NCBI GenBank assembly: GCA_016929715.1
Contig: JAFGIG010000097.1
Span: forward strand, 1 to 60,712
Direction: 5' to 3'
Length of the DNA stretch: 60,712 bases
DNA from: a candidate division WOR-3 bacterium
GTDB lineage: Bacteria > SDB-A
Below the pieces are notes generated by a model. That model did no database searches. It had not been told where the DNA came from and was given only the letters and a program-made list of their open reading frames with translations. Both the position numbers and the translations under genes were made by a program. This document shows, one piece after another, positions 1 through 9,790 of this stretch; within the stretch, counting starts at the first letter, position 1, and each line of letters begins with the position of its first letter.

Positions 1-665
1 AACCTTATCATTGTGCTGCCCTCTTCAACAGCTATTTCGTAATCGGAACTCATTCCCATAGAAACATTAGGTAAACCATACTTCTGACTTATACTATTAA
101 GAGTTGAAAACTGTCTTCTCACCTCTTTATCTCCGGCATTAAATTCCGCAATTCCCATAACGCCTTTTAATTCTATATTTTTACAGCTAAACAAATAATT
201 TGTCAAATCATCGAAACACTCAGGGCTTACTCCGCTTTTAGATTTCTCTCCCGAAATGTTCACTTGAACGAATGACGGAAATCTTGACCTTTTTATCCCG
301 TGCATTTTCTCTTCCAATATTTGTTCAATCTTTTCAGCAAGCGCTATGGAATCTATGGTTTGAATTACATCAAAAAAGGAAAGCGCTTTTTCAACTTTGT
401 TTTTCTGAAGATGCCCTATGAAATGCTTTCTATAACAACACTCTTGTTGGCCAAACTTCGTTAATGCCTCCTGCACCCTGTTTTCGCCGATATCCCTAAT
501 CCCTTCCGATACAGCCATATCGACCGCAGATCTTTCAAAGCCTTTTGTAACCGCCAAAATAGTCACTTTTTCCGGCTGTCTTGAAACCCTCATACAAGCA
601 TCGAAAACATTTTCACGGACAATTCTGAGATTCCGCCTGAATTCATCCGGGTCCAAATATCTCAT
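1..665 (-). CDS. yggS: YggS/YlmE-family PLP-binding protein (C-terminus cut by window edge)
   Basis: Not in the ORF track because it runs off the edge. Manual minus-strand translation from ATG 665..663 gives MRYLDPDEFRRNLRIVRENVFDACMRVSRQPEKVTILAVTKGF..IGENRVQE..HFIGHLQKNK..VNISGEKSKSG..LKGVMGIA..MGMSSDYEIAVEEGSTMIR. These are YggS/YlmE motifs, including the AVTK lysine. Its position directly downstream of ftsZ is the classic one. Confidence 0.8.
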   Translation of the reverse strand, partial: MRYLDPDEFRRNLRIVRENVFDACMRVSRQPEKVTILAVTKGFERSAVDMAVSEGIRDIGENRVQEALTKFGQQECCYRKHFIGHLQKNKVEKALSFFDVIQTIDSIALAEKIEQILEEKMHGIKRSRFPSFVQVNISGEKSKSGVSPECFDDLTNYLFSCKNIELKGVMGIAEFNAGDKEVRRQFSTLNSISQKYGLPNVSMGMSSDYEIAVEEGSTMIR

Positions 666-669
666 CCGA

Positions 670-1953
670 TCAGTTGTTTTGCCTTCTGAGATAAGCAGGC
701 TCTATTAGTTCATCTGAATTATATAGATCCAATTCGTCTTCTATTGGCCTGTTTTTTCTCAGTCTCTGCCTCTTGTTAAAAATCTCTTTTTTCCTGTTTT
801 CCTTTTCTTCTTCGCTTTCTTGGGGCACTTCTTCAGCCGCTTCTATAACCTCACTGTCAAAAAGGTCATCATTTTCCTCTCCGGAAGTCCATGCAAAATG
901 TCTGTCCAGAGAGTTTTTCAACTGACCCTCTTTTTCAGAAACCACTTCCTGAATACCTATGTTTCTAATGTCTTTCTTCCCTTTCTTGGCTCCTATGCCT
1001 GTCGCAATGATAGTTATTTCGAGTCTGTTGTTGTAGGTTGAGTCGTATCTTATCCCGAAAAGGATCTCCTTTTCACCGTCATCTCCGATCTTTTCCTGAA
1101 TCAGCTGCATGACATTGTCGATTTCTTCAAGTTTAAGGTCCTCAGGACCCGTGATATTGACAAGAACGCTTGAGGCTTCAGTTATTGATACATCGTCTAG
1201 CAGAGGTGAATTTATCGCCTCATTCGCTGCTTGAACGGCTCTGTCTTCACCGATTCCATATCCGATTCCCATCAGTGCTTTCCCGCCTTTTCCCATGACT
1301 CTTTTTATATCCGCGAAATCAAGATTTATCTGTCCCTGTTTTATGATAAGGTCAGAAACGCCTTTTGTGGCTTTGACGAGGACGCCGTCGACATACTTAA
1401 AAGCGTCTTTAGCAGTGATCTGCTTAGAATAAAGAGTCCTTATGTTGTCATTGTGAATAACGAGGATAGTATCCGATGAAGCAGATAGTTCTTTCACTCC
1501 TCTCGTTGCCACTTCGAAGCGTTTTCTACCTTCCCAGTTGAAGGGAAGCGTCACGACAGAAACCGTCACTGCTCCTGACTGTTTGGCTGCTTTAGCTATT
1601 GTTGAGGAAGCGCCTGTTCCCGTGCCCCCTCCCATCCCCGCGGTAATGAAAACCATATCTATACCTTTGAACATTTCTTCAATTTCCCTCAGGCTTTCTT
1701 CGGCTGCTTTTTTCCCCTTTTCGGGGTCAAAACCCGTTCCGAGTCCGCGAGTAGTCTCTTTGCCTATTTGGATCTTCTTCTGGGCGCGGGATTTTATGAG
1801 ATCCTGAAGATCCGTATTGACAACGACAATATTCACTCCTTCTATGCCTTCTTCAACCATTGTGTTCACAGTATTCCCGCCAGCCCCTCCGACGCCTACC
1901 ACCACAATCTTTGCCAGGGGGAGTTCCTGCGGAGCCATTTCAAATATCCCCAT
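670..1953 (-). CDS. ftsZ: cell division GTPase FtsZ
   Basis: VVGVGGAGGN N-terminus and tubulin signature GGGTGTG; acidic linker plus conserved C-terminal peptide. AGGAGG lies 5 nt upstream of ATG 1953. Confidence 0.97.
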   Translation of the reverse strand: MGIFEMAPQELPLAKIVVVGVGGAGGNTVNTMVEEGIEGVNIVVVNTDLQDLIKSRAQKKIQIGKETTRGLGTGFDPEKGKKAAEESLREIEEMFKGIDMVFITAGMGGGTGTGASSTIAKAAKQSGAVTVSVVTLPFNWEGRKRFEVATRGVKELSASSDTILVIHNDNIRTLYSKQITAKDAFKYVDGVLVKATKGVSDLIIKQGQINLDFADIKRVMGKGGKALMGIGYGIGEDRAVQAANEAINSPLLDDVSITEASSVLVNITGPEDLKLEEIDNVMQLIQEKIGDDGEKEILFGIRYDSTYNNRLEITIIATGIGAKKGKKDIRNIGIQEVVSEKEGQLKNSLDRHFAWTSGEENDDLFDSEVIEAAEEVPQESEEEKENRKKEIFNKRQRLRKNRPIEDELDLYNSDELIEPAYLRRQNN

Positions 1954-2006
1954 TTATGCCTCCTTTTACTTTATGCATTGTCAATTTAACCCTAATCGGT
2001 CTTCTT

Positions 2007-3245
2007 TCAGAAAAAATCGCTCAGCCATTTTTTTAAACCTCCTACCATATTCTTCTTCTTTTCTTTTTCGCCCCTGAATTCAGTCTCTTCATTACCTGAA
2101 ATCGAATACTTAATCAGTCCAATAGGTGTTGAAAAAGCCGGAGATGAAACCGCTTCTACCATTCCAAGCAAATCATTCTCCGGAGTTCCCACTCTGACAG
2201 GAAGCTCGAAGATTTCCTCCGCCACTTCGACTATGCCCTTTAAGTTCGCAGTCCCTCCGGTAATTACTACTCCTGAGGCGAGATTGTGAGCATATTCGCT
2301 TCGCTGTATCTTTCTAAAAGAGAAATCGATGATTTCTTCTATTCGTGCTTCGACTACGTCATGAAGTCTTTCAGTCGTCACCTTTCTGCTGGATCTTCCC
2401 GCGGTCCCCTGAATGTCAATTACTTCATCAGGATCTACATAAGAAGGGTGGGCAGATGCCTTTTCTCTTTTGATTTTTTCTGCGAAAGCGTAAGATGTAG
2501 CCAGACCCATAGAAATGTCTCTGGTGATGGAGTCTCCGCCTAATTTGACAAGACCGATGTCTCTGAGGGAGCCTCCGAACCAAAGGGAGATATTTGTAAC
2601 GCCCCCGCCAATATCAAGAAGAGCTATCCCCTGCTGCCGGTCTTCTTCATCGAGCACAGCATACGATGAAGCAAGATGCTGGAGAATTATCGAATCAACA
2701 GATAAACCGGCTCCTTCCACTGCTTTTTTTATATTCCCAAGCGCGAGCGAAGAAGCGGTAATTATATAGATTATTGCTTCAAGCCTCATCCCCATCAACC
2801 CGACAGGATCTATTATGTTTGGTTGGTTGTCGACAATAAAATCCTGGGTCAGAGTGTGTATGATCTCTCTTTCAGCAGGAATGGCTATTCCTTTCGCCGA
2901 TTCTTTGACTCTTTCCACGTCTGCTATTGTTATTCCCTGTTCCCTGCTGGTTATCGAGATCACGCCTTTGCTTGCAATTCCTTTAATATGCTCTCCAGTC
3001 ACTCCTACATTTACCGGCCCAGCCTGAACTCCTGCCATCACTTCAGCATCGTGTATGGCGTTTTTTATTGAAGACACTGTCTTGTCAAGATTTATCACCA
3101 CTCCGTGCCTCATCCCTTCAGAAAGGGATTCGCCTACTCCGATGATATTAATCTTGTTTCTCGAAGCAATTTCGGCTATGACCGCGCATACTTTATTCGA
3201 GCCCAGGTCAAGGGCAGTCACGATCATTTTTTTATCCATTATCAT
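2007..3245 (-). CDS. ftsA: cell division protein FtsA (actin-like ATPase)
   Basis: LDLGSNKV and DIGGGVT phosphate-binding motifs; position between ftsQ and ftsZ. Start set at ATG 3245, which forms an ATGA overlap with the ftsQ stop. The ORF-track start at 3326 would overlap ftsQ by 85 nt. Confidence 0.92.
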   Translation of the reverse strand: MIMDKKMIVTALDLGSNKVCAVIAEIASRNKINIIGVGESLSEGMRHGVVINLDKTVSSIKNAIHDAEVMAGVQAGPVNVGVTGEHIKGIASKGVISITSREQGITIADVERVKESAKGIAIPAEREIIHTLTQDFIVDNQPNIIDPVGLMGMRLEAIIYIITASSLALGNIKKAVEGAGLSVDSIILQHLASSYAVLDEEDRQQGIALLDIGGGVTNISLWFGGSLRDIGLVKLGGDSITRDISMGLATSYAFAEKIKREKASAHPSYVDPDEVIDIQGTAGRSSRKVTTERLHDVVEARIEEIIDFSFRKIQRSEYAHNLASGVVITGGTANLKGIVEVAEEIFELPVRVGTPENDLLGMVEAVSSPAFSTPIGLIKYSISGNEETEFRGEKEKKKNMVGGLKKWLSDFF

Positions 3246-3949
3246 CCCCCATGGCATTCTCTGTTGTTTGTTAAACCGGATCTCCTGAAAATCAGAAGTT
3301 CTCCGGGAGAACTCAAATCGTAACAATACTTTTTACTCCACAGATCTGTTTCTTTCAAAGTGAGTATTACTCTATAGGACAAGATTATGTCTGTATTTCC
3401 TATGAATACCGCTATTCCGTCTTCCGTCATCAAAGAAATTCCTTTCTCGCAGACAAAAACCGACTCAAGAAAAGGAAAACTTTGCCCTCTTGTGCAGACT
3501 GATGCCACGCCGTTTAGAAAACGGTCAGCCCCGGACAGCTGTCTGTCGCTGTCGGAATATTCATTGATTGTGTAAGCCCTCAAAAGAATTTCCCCGGAAT
3601 CGATCTTCATTATATATCCATCCGCGTCAATGCCTTTTCCTCCTCCGATATCGAGCGATGCGTATCTTTTTAACATTTCAACAACTACTGTATTTGATCC
3701 TTCTCTGTATAATCGGACTTTTTTAGCCGAAACTTTTTCAGAAAGATTTCTTTGGGCCGCCGTCCAATCTATGAAAAAAACGCATTGGCCTCGTTTAATA
3801 CCTGCCAAACTGATTATTTCATCGCCGTTAAATTCCGTGCTTCCGTAAATTTTTACATTTTCCACCCTGAACAGGCTTGTTTTTCCGACTACGACCCCCG
3901 CGCAGAAAACAATTGTCGTCAAAAACAAGAAAAATATTACCTTAAACAT
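3242..3949 (-). CDS. ftsQ: cell division protein FtsQ/DivIB (TM anchor + POTRA)
   Basis: N-terminal hydrophobic helix (VIFFLFLTTIVFCAGVVVG) followed by a POTRA-like FRVENVKIYGSTEFNGDEIISLAGI segment; synteny murB-ftsQ-ftsA. Confidence 0.75.
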   Translation of the reverse strand: MFKVIFFLFLTTIVFCAGVVVGKTSLFRVENVKIYGSTEFNGDEIISLAGIKRGQCVFFIDWTAAQRNLSEKVSAKKVRLYREGSNTVVVEMLKRYASLDIGGGKGIDADGYIMKIDSGEILLRAYTINEYSDSDRQLSGADRFLNGVASVCTRGQSFPFLESVFVCEKGISLMTEDGIAVFIGNTDIILSYRVILTLKETDLWSKKYCYDLSSPGELLIFRRSGLTNNRECHGG

Positions 3950-4808
3950 ATTTGTATTTTCCGTTCTCGTCGAAAATTTTTATTTCTGTTTCGAGAGAAA
4001 AAGAAAGTTTTTTGAATACATCTTCCTTGACCATGGCGACAGATTCGATAAAATCGGAACTCTTGGCGTTTCTCAGAGGTATGAAATAATTGGCATGCCT
4101 GTCTGAAATCAACACATTCTTTACAATCTTCCCTTTCCAACCCGCCTGCTCAATCAGTTTTCCAGCGGGAGGTCCGTTGGGAGGATTTTTAAAAATACAT
4201 CCGGCAGTCCTTGAGTTTCTGGGGAATCTGTCGATTCTGAATTTTTTTATCTGTAATATAGTGTTTTCTATCTCTTTTTCGTCCGATTTTTCGAGTATGA
4301 ATTCAACTCCCAATATCAAATCCTCTATTCCTTTCCGGTATCTGAACATTTCTTTTGTGACCTCGAAAAAATCCCTCCCCTTCGTCTTTACCCTTCTGAC
4401 TCGCTCTCCCACGGTCCCCCATTTCGTTCCCGCATTCATGTGCACCGCTCCTCCGATTGTCCCGGGAATACCGAACATGCACTCAAGCCCTTTTAAACCA
4501 TTCTCTTTCGCTCTTCCGACAACTTCAGAAATGAGAGCTCCTGCACCTGCTTTTACTATGTTTTCCTGAACTGATACGTTTCTGAAACTCCCCGAAAGCT
4601 TTAATACGCAACCCCTTAAACCCTTGTCGCTGAACAAAACATTGCTGCCGGCACCCAATATAATGTATGATATGTCATTTTTCTCACAATATGTGATAAT
4701 TTTATCAAATTTTTGGTCATTATCAACATAACAAAAATAATCAGCTTTTCCACCGAGTCTTAGAGTAGTGAAATCAGCAAGATCGATTTTCCTCAGGCAA
4801 TCAATCAT
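3942..4808 (-). CDS. murB: UDP-N-acetylenolpyruvoylglucosamine reductase
   Basis: TTLRLGGKADYF, GAGSNVL and AGCIFKNP motifs of the MurB FAD-binding fold; dcw synteny. Confidence 0.93.
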   Translation of the reverse strand: MIDCLRKIDLADFTTLRLGGKADYFCYVDNDQKFDKIITYCEKNDISYIILGAGSNVLFSDKGLRGCVLKLSGSFRNVSVQENIVKAGAGALISEVVGRAKENGLKGLECMFGIPGTIGGAVHMNAGTKWGTVGERVRRVKTKGRDFFEVTKEMFRYRKGIEDLILGVEFILEKSDEKEIENTILQIKKFRIDRFPRNSRTAGCIFKNPPNGPPAGKLIEQAGWKGKIVKNVLISDRHANYFIPLRNAKSSDFIESVAMVKEDVFKKLSFSLETEIKIFDENGKYKYV

Positions 4809-6130
4809 TTGTCTTCCTTGAGTATTTTTATAACTTCATCTTTTGACATATCAATATCACCCGCGCCGAGGAGAGCGATGATTCCGCGCGGTTTTAAGCC
4901 TGAAAGAATTTTAAGCATTTGATCTATTGTCTCTGCCATATAGGCGCTCTTTCCGGATTTTCGCAGGTCATCTATTATCAACTCCGATGTTACTCCGGGT
5001 ATCGGCTTTTCTCTCGCAGGGTATATTGGGAGAAGGATCAATTCATCCGCTGCTGAAAGGGCATCGGCAAAAGATTCGTGAAAATCTTTTGTTCTAGAAA
5101 ACAAATGAGGTTGGAAAACTGCCGTTATTTTCTTACCCGAAGATTTCAGCGCGTTCAGAGAAAAACGAAGTTCGGTCGGGTGATGAGCGTAATCGCTTAT
5201 TAAAACACTATCCTCAAACTTATAAACAACTTCCATTCTTCTTTTTATTCCTTTGAATGATAAGAGAGATTCTGCTGACTTTTTGGGCCGCACTCCCATT
5301 TCTTCAGCCGCTGCAACCGCTACGGCGGCATTTTGCAGATTATGTTTACCCGGCATTTTAAGCTTTATCTCCTGCCCGAAAAGCAAAACTGAATTTTCTC
5401 TAAAACTGTATTTCAAGTCGCAACCCATTGTTTCGCCTAAAGTTACTGTTTTCGCTTTTTTCTCCTTCGCTGCTTTGGCAGTCATTTTGTCACATACGTG
5501 TATTATGCATTTTTCGGAATTTTCTTCGAATTTCCGGAATGCCTCCAGAATTTCTTCTTCTCCTGAATAGAATTTTCCGATGTGATCCGCTTCTATTGAA
5601 GTTATTACTCCGAGTTTTGGAGAAAACAAAAGAAACGTCCTGTCGCTTTCATCCAGTTCGCAAACGGCGGTCTTTTTTTCAGACCAGCATAGACCGCTTT
5701 CCCAGCCGAAAGGCGCTCCACCGGTGATTCCCAGAACACCAACGCCGTTTTCCCTCAAAATGTGAACGAGCATTGAGACAGTGGTAGTTTTACCGTGAGT
5801 CCCTGCCACTCCGGTCAATCGGGTGTTTTCTAAACTGTCTCTCAAGGCTTCTCCCCTGGAAAACATCGGCAAACTCATGCTTTGCGCCTTTTGGATCTCT
5901 TCGCATTTCAGGTCAACGGCTCTTGAATACACGACTTTGTCTATTCCTTTAAGATGATCCGGGGAATGTCCCTTGATGGTTCTTATGCCCTCTGATTCGA
6001 GTAATAAAGCGTTTTCATTTAAGTTCTTATCGCAACCGTTGACACTGCTTCCTTTATTCTTCAGCAATATTGCAAGAGGCGTCATTCCCGAACCGCAAAT
6101 TCCAAGCATGTGAATATTTTCAGATTTCAT
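4805..6130 (-). CDS. murC: UDP-N-acetylmuramate--L-alanine ligase
   Basis: GICGSGM N-terminal Rossmann motif, GTHGKTTT P-loop and Mur ligase C-terminal domain; 4-nt overlap with murB. Confidence 0.93.
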   Translation of the reverse strand: MKSENIHMLGICGSGMTPLAILLKNKGSSVNGCDKNLNENALLLESEGIRTIKGHSPDHLKGIDKVVYSRAVDLKCEEIQKAQSMSLPMFSRGEALRDSLENTRLTGVAGTHGKTTTVSMLVHILRENGVGVLGITGGAPFGWESGLCWSEKKTAVCELDESDRTFLLFSPKLGVITSIEADHIGKFYSGEEEILEAFRKFEENSEKCIIHVCDKMTAKAAKEKKAKTVTLGETMGCDLKYSFRENSVLLFGQEIKLKMPGKHNLQNAAVAVAAAEEMGVRPKKSAESLLSFKGIKRRMEVVYKFEDSVLISDYAHHPTELRFSLNALKSSGKKITAVFQPHLFSRTKDFHESFADALSAADELILLPIYPAREKPIPGVTSELIIDDLRKSGKSAYMAETIDQMLKILSGLKPRGIIALLGAGDIDMSKDEVIKILKEDK

Positions 6131-7190
6131 TAATAATCTCCTCGCTTATCAATCGAGCGGGATCGCATCTTATATGAGAAATATTTTCTCGGGGTTTCAA
6201 CTCAGAATAATTTTTCTCAAAAGCTTTTTCAATGCTGTCATACAGCGTTTTCGCGTTTAATCTTTCCTCATCAATAATTACCGCTATTCCTTTTTTCTCA
6301 AGTTGAAGAGCGTTATCAATCTGATGACCTCTGGCTAATTTCAACGGAACTAATACTGATGGAGTCCCGGAAGCCGACAGTTCGGCTACTGTCATCGCTC
6401 CGGAGCGTGAAAGCACGACATCCGCGCAGGCGTATGCTGAAGCCATGTCATCGATGTAACGAAAAACAATTGGTTTTTCACCGCACTTTTCAAAGAGACC
6501 TATTGAAAATTTTCCTGATGAAGCCAGTAATTGAGCTTCTCCCGGGATTCCAAAATTTTTATACATATCATAAAATGTTTTCTCCAGAGTTTGAGATCCC
6601 TGACTGCCCCCAAAAACGAGAATGACTTTTCTGTCAGGACTGAGATTGAATTTTTCTAAAGCTTCTTTTCTTTTAACCTTTCCAATTTCCTTTCTCACAG
6701 GTGTTCCTGTGTGAACAGTTCTGACAGTCGCCGGCAGATATTTAGATGTTTCGCTGAAAGCCAAAAACACTTTTTTTGAAAATCTGCAGAAAAGCCTTGT
6801 CGTCATTCCGGGCTTTGTATCCGCTTCGAATATGTATATCGGGACAGAAAGAATGATGCACGATAACATGACAGGAACAGTCGCGAAAGAACCCGTTCCA
6901 AAAACCGCATTCGGTTTTATACCTTGTATTTTTCTCGCACAGAAATAAACACCCCTAAAAAGGACCAGCAAGGAGCCTATTTTTTCCGAAAGTTTTTTTC
7001 CTGCCCATGGAAGACTTGCAATTTCTAAGTAAGCATAACCCTCTTCATTCACGATTTTTTCCGACATTCCTTTTCCGATTCCGGAAAAATAGATTTCCGC
7101 TTTTTCTTTCGCCTCCTTTGCAACCGATAGAGCCGGATATAAATGTCCGCCGGTTGTCCCTACGGCAATTAGAAGCCTTGCTTTTTTCAC
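6120..7190 (-). CDS. murG: undecaprenyldiphospho-muramoylpentapeptide beta-N-acetylglucosaminyltransferase
   Basis: GGTGGHLYPAL N-terminal motif, GT28 architecture, dcw synteny. Confidence 0.93.
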   Translation of the reverse strand: MKKARLLIAVGTTGGHLYPALSVAKEAKEKAEIYFSGIGKGMSEKIVNEEGYAYLEIASLPWAGKKLSEKIGSLLVLFRGVYFCARKIQGIKPNAVFGTGSFATVPVMLSCIILSVPIYIFEADTKPGMTTRLFCRFSKKVFLAFSETSKYLPATVRTVHTGTPVRKEIGKVKRKEALEKFNLSPDRKVILVFGGSQGSQTLEKTFYDMYKNFGIPGEAQLLASSGKFSIGLFEKCGEKPIVFRYIDDMASAYACADVVLSRSGAMTVAELSASGTPSVLVPLKLARGHQIDNALQLEKKGIAVIIDEERLNAKTLYDSIEKAFEKNYSELKPRENISHIRCDPARLISEEIINEI

Positions 7191-8458
7191 GAGCTGTTCC
7201 CCGTCTTTTGCCCTGCAGAACGGATGTAATATCCTCTGCTATTCAGCTTGCTTTTTGTGCTGAGAAAAATCATCTCTCTTTTTTTTATAATATTTTCATT
7301 CATCTGCCTGATTTTTGATTCAGCTGAAATATTCAAAAGAATTCCGAGCATAAAAAGATTTCCTACCATCGATGTTCCTCCGTAAGAAACAAAAGGGAGA
7401 ACAAGTCCGGTAGCGGGAAGATAACCTATGCTGATAAAAGCGTGGATAATTGCAAAAACAAAAAAATTAGCTGAAATGCCGAATGCAAGAAAAAACAGAA
7501 ACCTGTCTTTGTCCTCAAAAAACAAAGCAATCTTAAAACCGAGCACGAGAATCACAAAATACAAGGACATAAGGAAAAGCGTCCCGACAAAGCCCATTTC
7601 TTCTCCTACTGCCGCTATTATGAGATCTCTGTCAACTTCAGGGATAAAAGATCCGTTTTTGAGTTCTCCTTTGCAGAGGCCTCTTCCAAAGAGACCTCCG
7701 TTGGCAAAAGCAAGTATAGAATTCTGCATCTGTGAGTTTTCCGGAACGGCTGTTTCGCCTCTTCTTATGCTTATCGCGTAGTTTTTTATTCTCTCGTCTA
7801 TATGCTTGAACCTGCTGCCGGGCAGTAAATACAACATTAACCCGATTGACAGCACACACATTATTAGGACCAAGGAAAACTTCAGGGGAACATTTCCAAC
7901 GAAAAAGAACACAAAAATTAGAAGAAGAAGAACCAACGCCGTTGAAACATCAGGCTCTATCGCGACAAGAGCTATTATTCCTCCAATTATTATGAGAAGT
8001 CCCCATGACCATTTTGGGTTTTTCTCCTTGACTGTGCTGTTTTTTCTCCTTATGTAATGCGAAACGTAAAATATCAGAACGATTTTGGCAAGCTCTGACG
8101 GCTGAAAATTCAAAAATCCTATTTTTAACCATCTGTGAGCTCCGTTAATGTTTGAACCAAACAGAATTACTGCAAATAAAAGAATTATAACGGCAAATGA
8201 AAAGAACAGTATAAGAACTGTATTATCAAGCTTTTTCAAAGGAAGGCAAAAAGCTATAATCATCGCAAATAAACCGATGCCTATATTGAGAAGGTGCCTG
8301 TATGCTGAACTTGAAGGACCAAAGCTGAATACTGAAGCTCTGTGCTGAGCTGAAAATACGCTAATTATCCCTATGGCGAGCAGGACGGCAACTGCCAGCA
8401 GCAGCGCATAGTCGGCTTTTAAGGCTTTTTCCCTTAATTTAGTTTCATCTCTTCTCAT
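7187..8458 (-). CDS. ftsW: SEDS-family peptidoglycan glycosyltransferase FtsW
   Basis: Polytopic membrane protein with FQPSELAK and SYGGTS SEDS motifs. Start placed at the internal Met (MRRDETKL); the ORF-track start at 8521 would overlap murD by 77 nt. Confidence 0.9.
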   Translation of the reverse strand: MRRDETKLREKALKADYALLLAVAVLLAIGIISVFSAQHRASVFSFGPSSSAYRHLLNIGIGLFAMIIAFCLPLKKLDNTVLILFFSFAVIILLFAVILFGSNINGAHRWLKIGFLNFQPSELAKIVLIFYVSHYIRRKNSTVKEKNPKWSWGLLIIIGGIIALVAIEPDVSTALVLLLLIFVFFFVGNVPLKFSLVLIMCVLSIGLMLYLLPGSRFKHIDERIKNYAISIRRGETAVPENSQMQNSILAFANGGLFGRGLCKGELKNGSFIPEVDRDLIIAAVGEEMGFVGTLFLMSLYFVILVLGFKIALFFEDKDRFLFFLAFGISANFFVFAIIHAFISIGYLPATGLVLPFVSYGGTSMVGNLFMLGILLNISAESKIRQMNENIIKKREMIFLSTKSKLNSRGYYIRSAGQKTGNSS

Positions 8459-9788
8459 AATAATCTCTGACTTCCCGCGAAAATACATCTCCTCTTTCCT
8501 GAAAATCCTTAAACATGTCAAAACTTGCCATTCCCGGATTTAGAATAACCGTTTCACCTGCTCTAGCTTTTTTTGCTGCTTTTTCCACTGCCTCTTTCAT
8601 TCCTTGGGCAATTTGGTGGTCAACGTTCATCTCTAAAAGCTTTTTTGAAAGATCCGCTGAACTCGCGCCTATAAGAATCACTGATTTTGCATAATCCCTG
8701 CAGGACAAAGCTATTTCCGACAAATCAGTGTTTTTCGCCTTTCCTCCTACTATTGTTACTGATCCTCGAAAAGCTTCGAGAGATCTCCTAAAAGCCGCTT
8801 CGTTTGTGCACATCGAGTTATTTATAAATAATATTCCTTCGAAATATCCGATTTTTTCAAGACGGTGACGGAGTCCTTTGAATTCTTTAACTGCTTCGAC
8901 GATATCTTGCGGTTTTATTCCTATCAAATATGCCGATATTCCGGCCGCGAGAACGTTCTCGAGGTTATGCTTTCCCTTGAGAAACAACTCGTCTTCTCCT
9001 ACGCTGAATTCCAAGTCACCTTCCGGCATGAAAACAGCTTTCGATTCATTAATGCAGGCCCAATTTTTAATGTCTTTTCCGGAACCGAAAAAATATTTCC
9101 TGCACTGAGCACCTTCCGACATATATACTATTTCCGGAAAATCCGAGTTGAGAACTGCAAAGCCGTTTTTTTTCACTCTCCTTATTAGATCCGCCTTCAA
9201 AGAAGCGTATGTTTTCATCTCTCTGTGCCGGTCCAAATGATCGCTTGAGATGTTTGTCCATACAGCCGCGTCGGTCGAAAAATCCTTTACCCTTTCCATT
9301 TGAAAACTGCTTATCTCGGCGCTTACCCATTCGTTGGGAAGAGCCTGGATGGAAATTTCAGACAGAGGAATACCGGGAGCCAGATTTCCTCCCATATGGC
9401 ATTTTATTCCTGAATGATTTAAAACATGACAAAAGAGGGCAGTTGTTGTGCTTTTCCCGTTTGTTCCGGTTATTGACATGAGATTTGACCTTAAAAATTT
9501 CGAGGCAATTTCGATTTCCGAAATGACATCAATCTTTCTTGTTAAAAAATTTTTAACTATATTTGACTCCGTATTAATTCCCGGGCTTATGACCGCATAA
9601 TCGCAATCAAATGCCCTTTCCGAGTGCCCGTTTTCCTCAAATTGGACTCCAAGGGTTCTTAACGTTTTTTTTACGTCTTCGTTTATGGAGTCCTTATCCG
9701 TCAAAAATACTCTACTCCCTTTTAGATTAAGCAGTTTTGCAACCGCTATTCCGCTTCTACCCGCTCCTAACACGGTAATTTTTTCCAT
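8445..9788 (-). CDS. murD: UDP-N-acetylmuramoylalanine--D-glutamate ligase
   Basis: VLGAGRSGIA Rossmann start and GTNGKSTT P-loop. Start set at MEKITVLGAG (9788), just after the mraY stop; the longer ORF to 9884 overlaps mraY. Confidence 0.93.
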   Translation of the reverse strand: MEKITVLGAGRSGIAVAKLLNLKGSRVFLTDKDSINEDVKKTLRTLGVQFEENGHSERAFDCDYAVISPGINTESNIVKNFLTRKIDVISEIEIASKFLRSNLMSITGTNGKSTTTALFCHVLNHSGIKCHMGGNLAPGIPLSEISIQALPNEWVSAEISSFQMERVKDFSTDAAVWTNISSDHLDRHREMKTYASLKADLIRRVKKNGFAVLNSDFPEIVYMSEGAQCRKYFFGSGKDIKNWACINESKAVFMPEGDLEFSVGEDELFLKGKHNLENVLAAGISAYLIGIKPQDIVEAVKEFKGLRHRLEKIGYFEGILFINNSMCTNEAAFRRSLEAFRGSVTIVGGKAKNTDLSEIALSCRDYAKSVILIGASSADLSKKLLEMNVDHQIAQGMKEAVEKAAKKARAGETVILNPGMASFDMFKDFQERGDVFSREVRDYYEKR

Positions 9789-9790
9789 AA

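Noticed and set aside
3246-3326. N-terminal extensions of the ORF-track models for ftsA (to 3326), ftsW (8459-8521), murD (9789-9884) and ftsL (15598-15615)
   Set aside because: The extensions overlap the upstream gene by 18-96 nt and contain no conserved residues. The internal Met codons give the family-typical N-termini and the ATGA-type or adjacent junctions seen throughout this cluster.
4090-4569. 159-aa plus-strand ORF inside murB, and similar 60-140-aa ORFs antisense to dcw genes (e.g. 13299-13721, 13995-14429)
   Set aside because: All are embedded antisense in strongly supported Mur/Fts genes and are compositionally biased (S/F/P-rich) with no motifs. ORF 13995-14429 spans the ftsI frameshift region but does not explain it.
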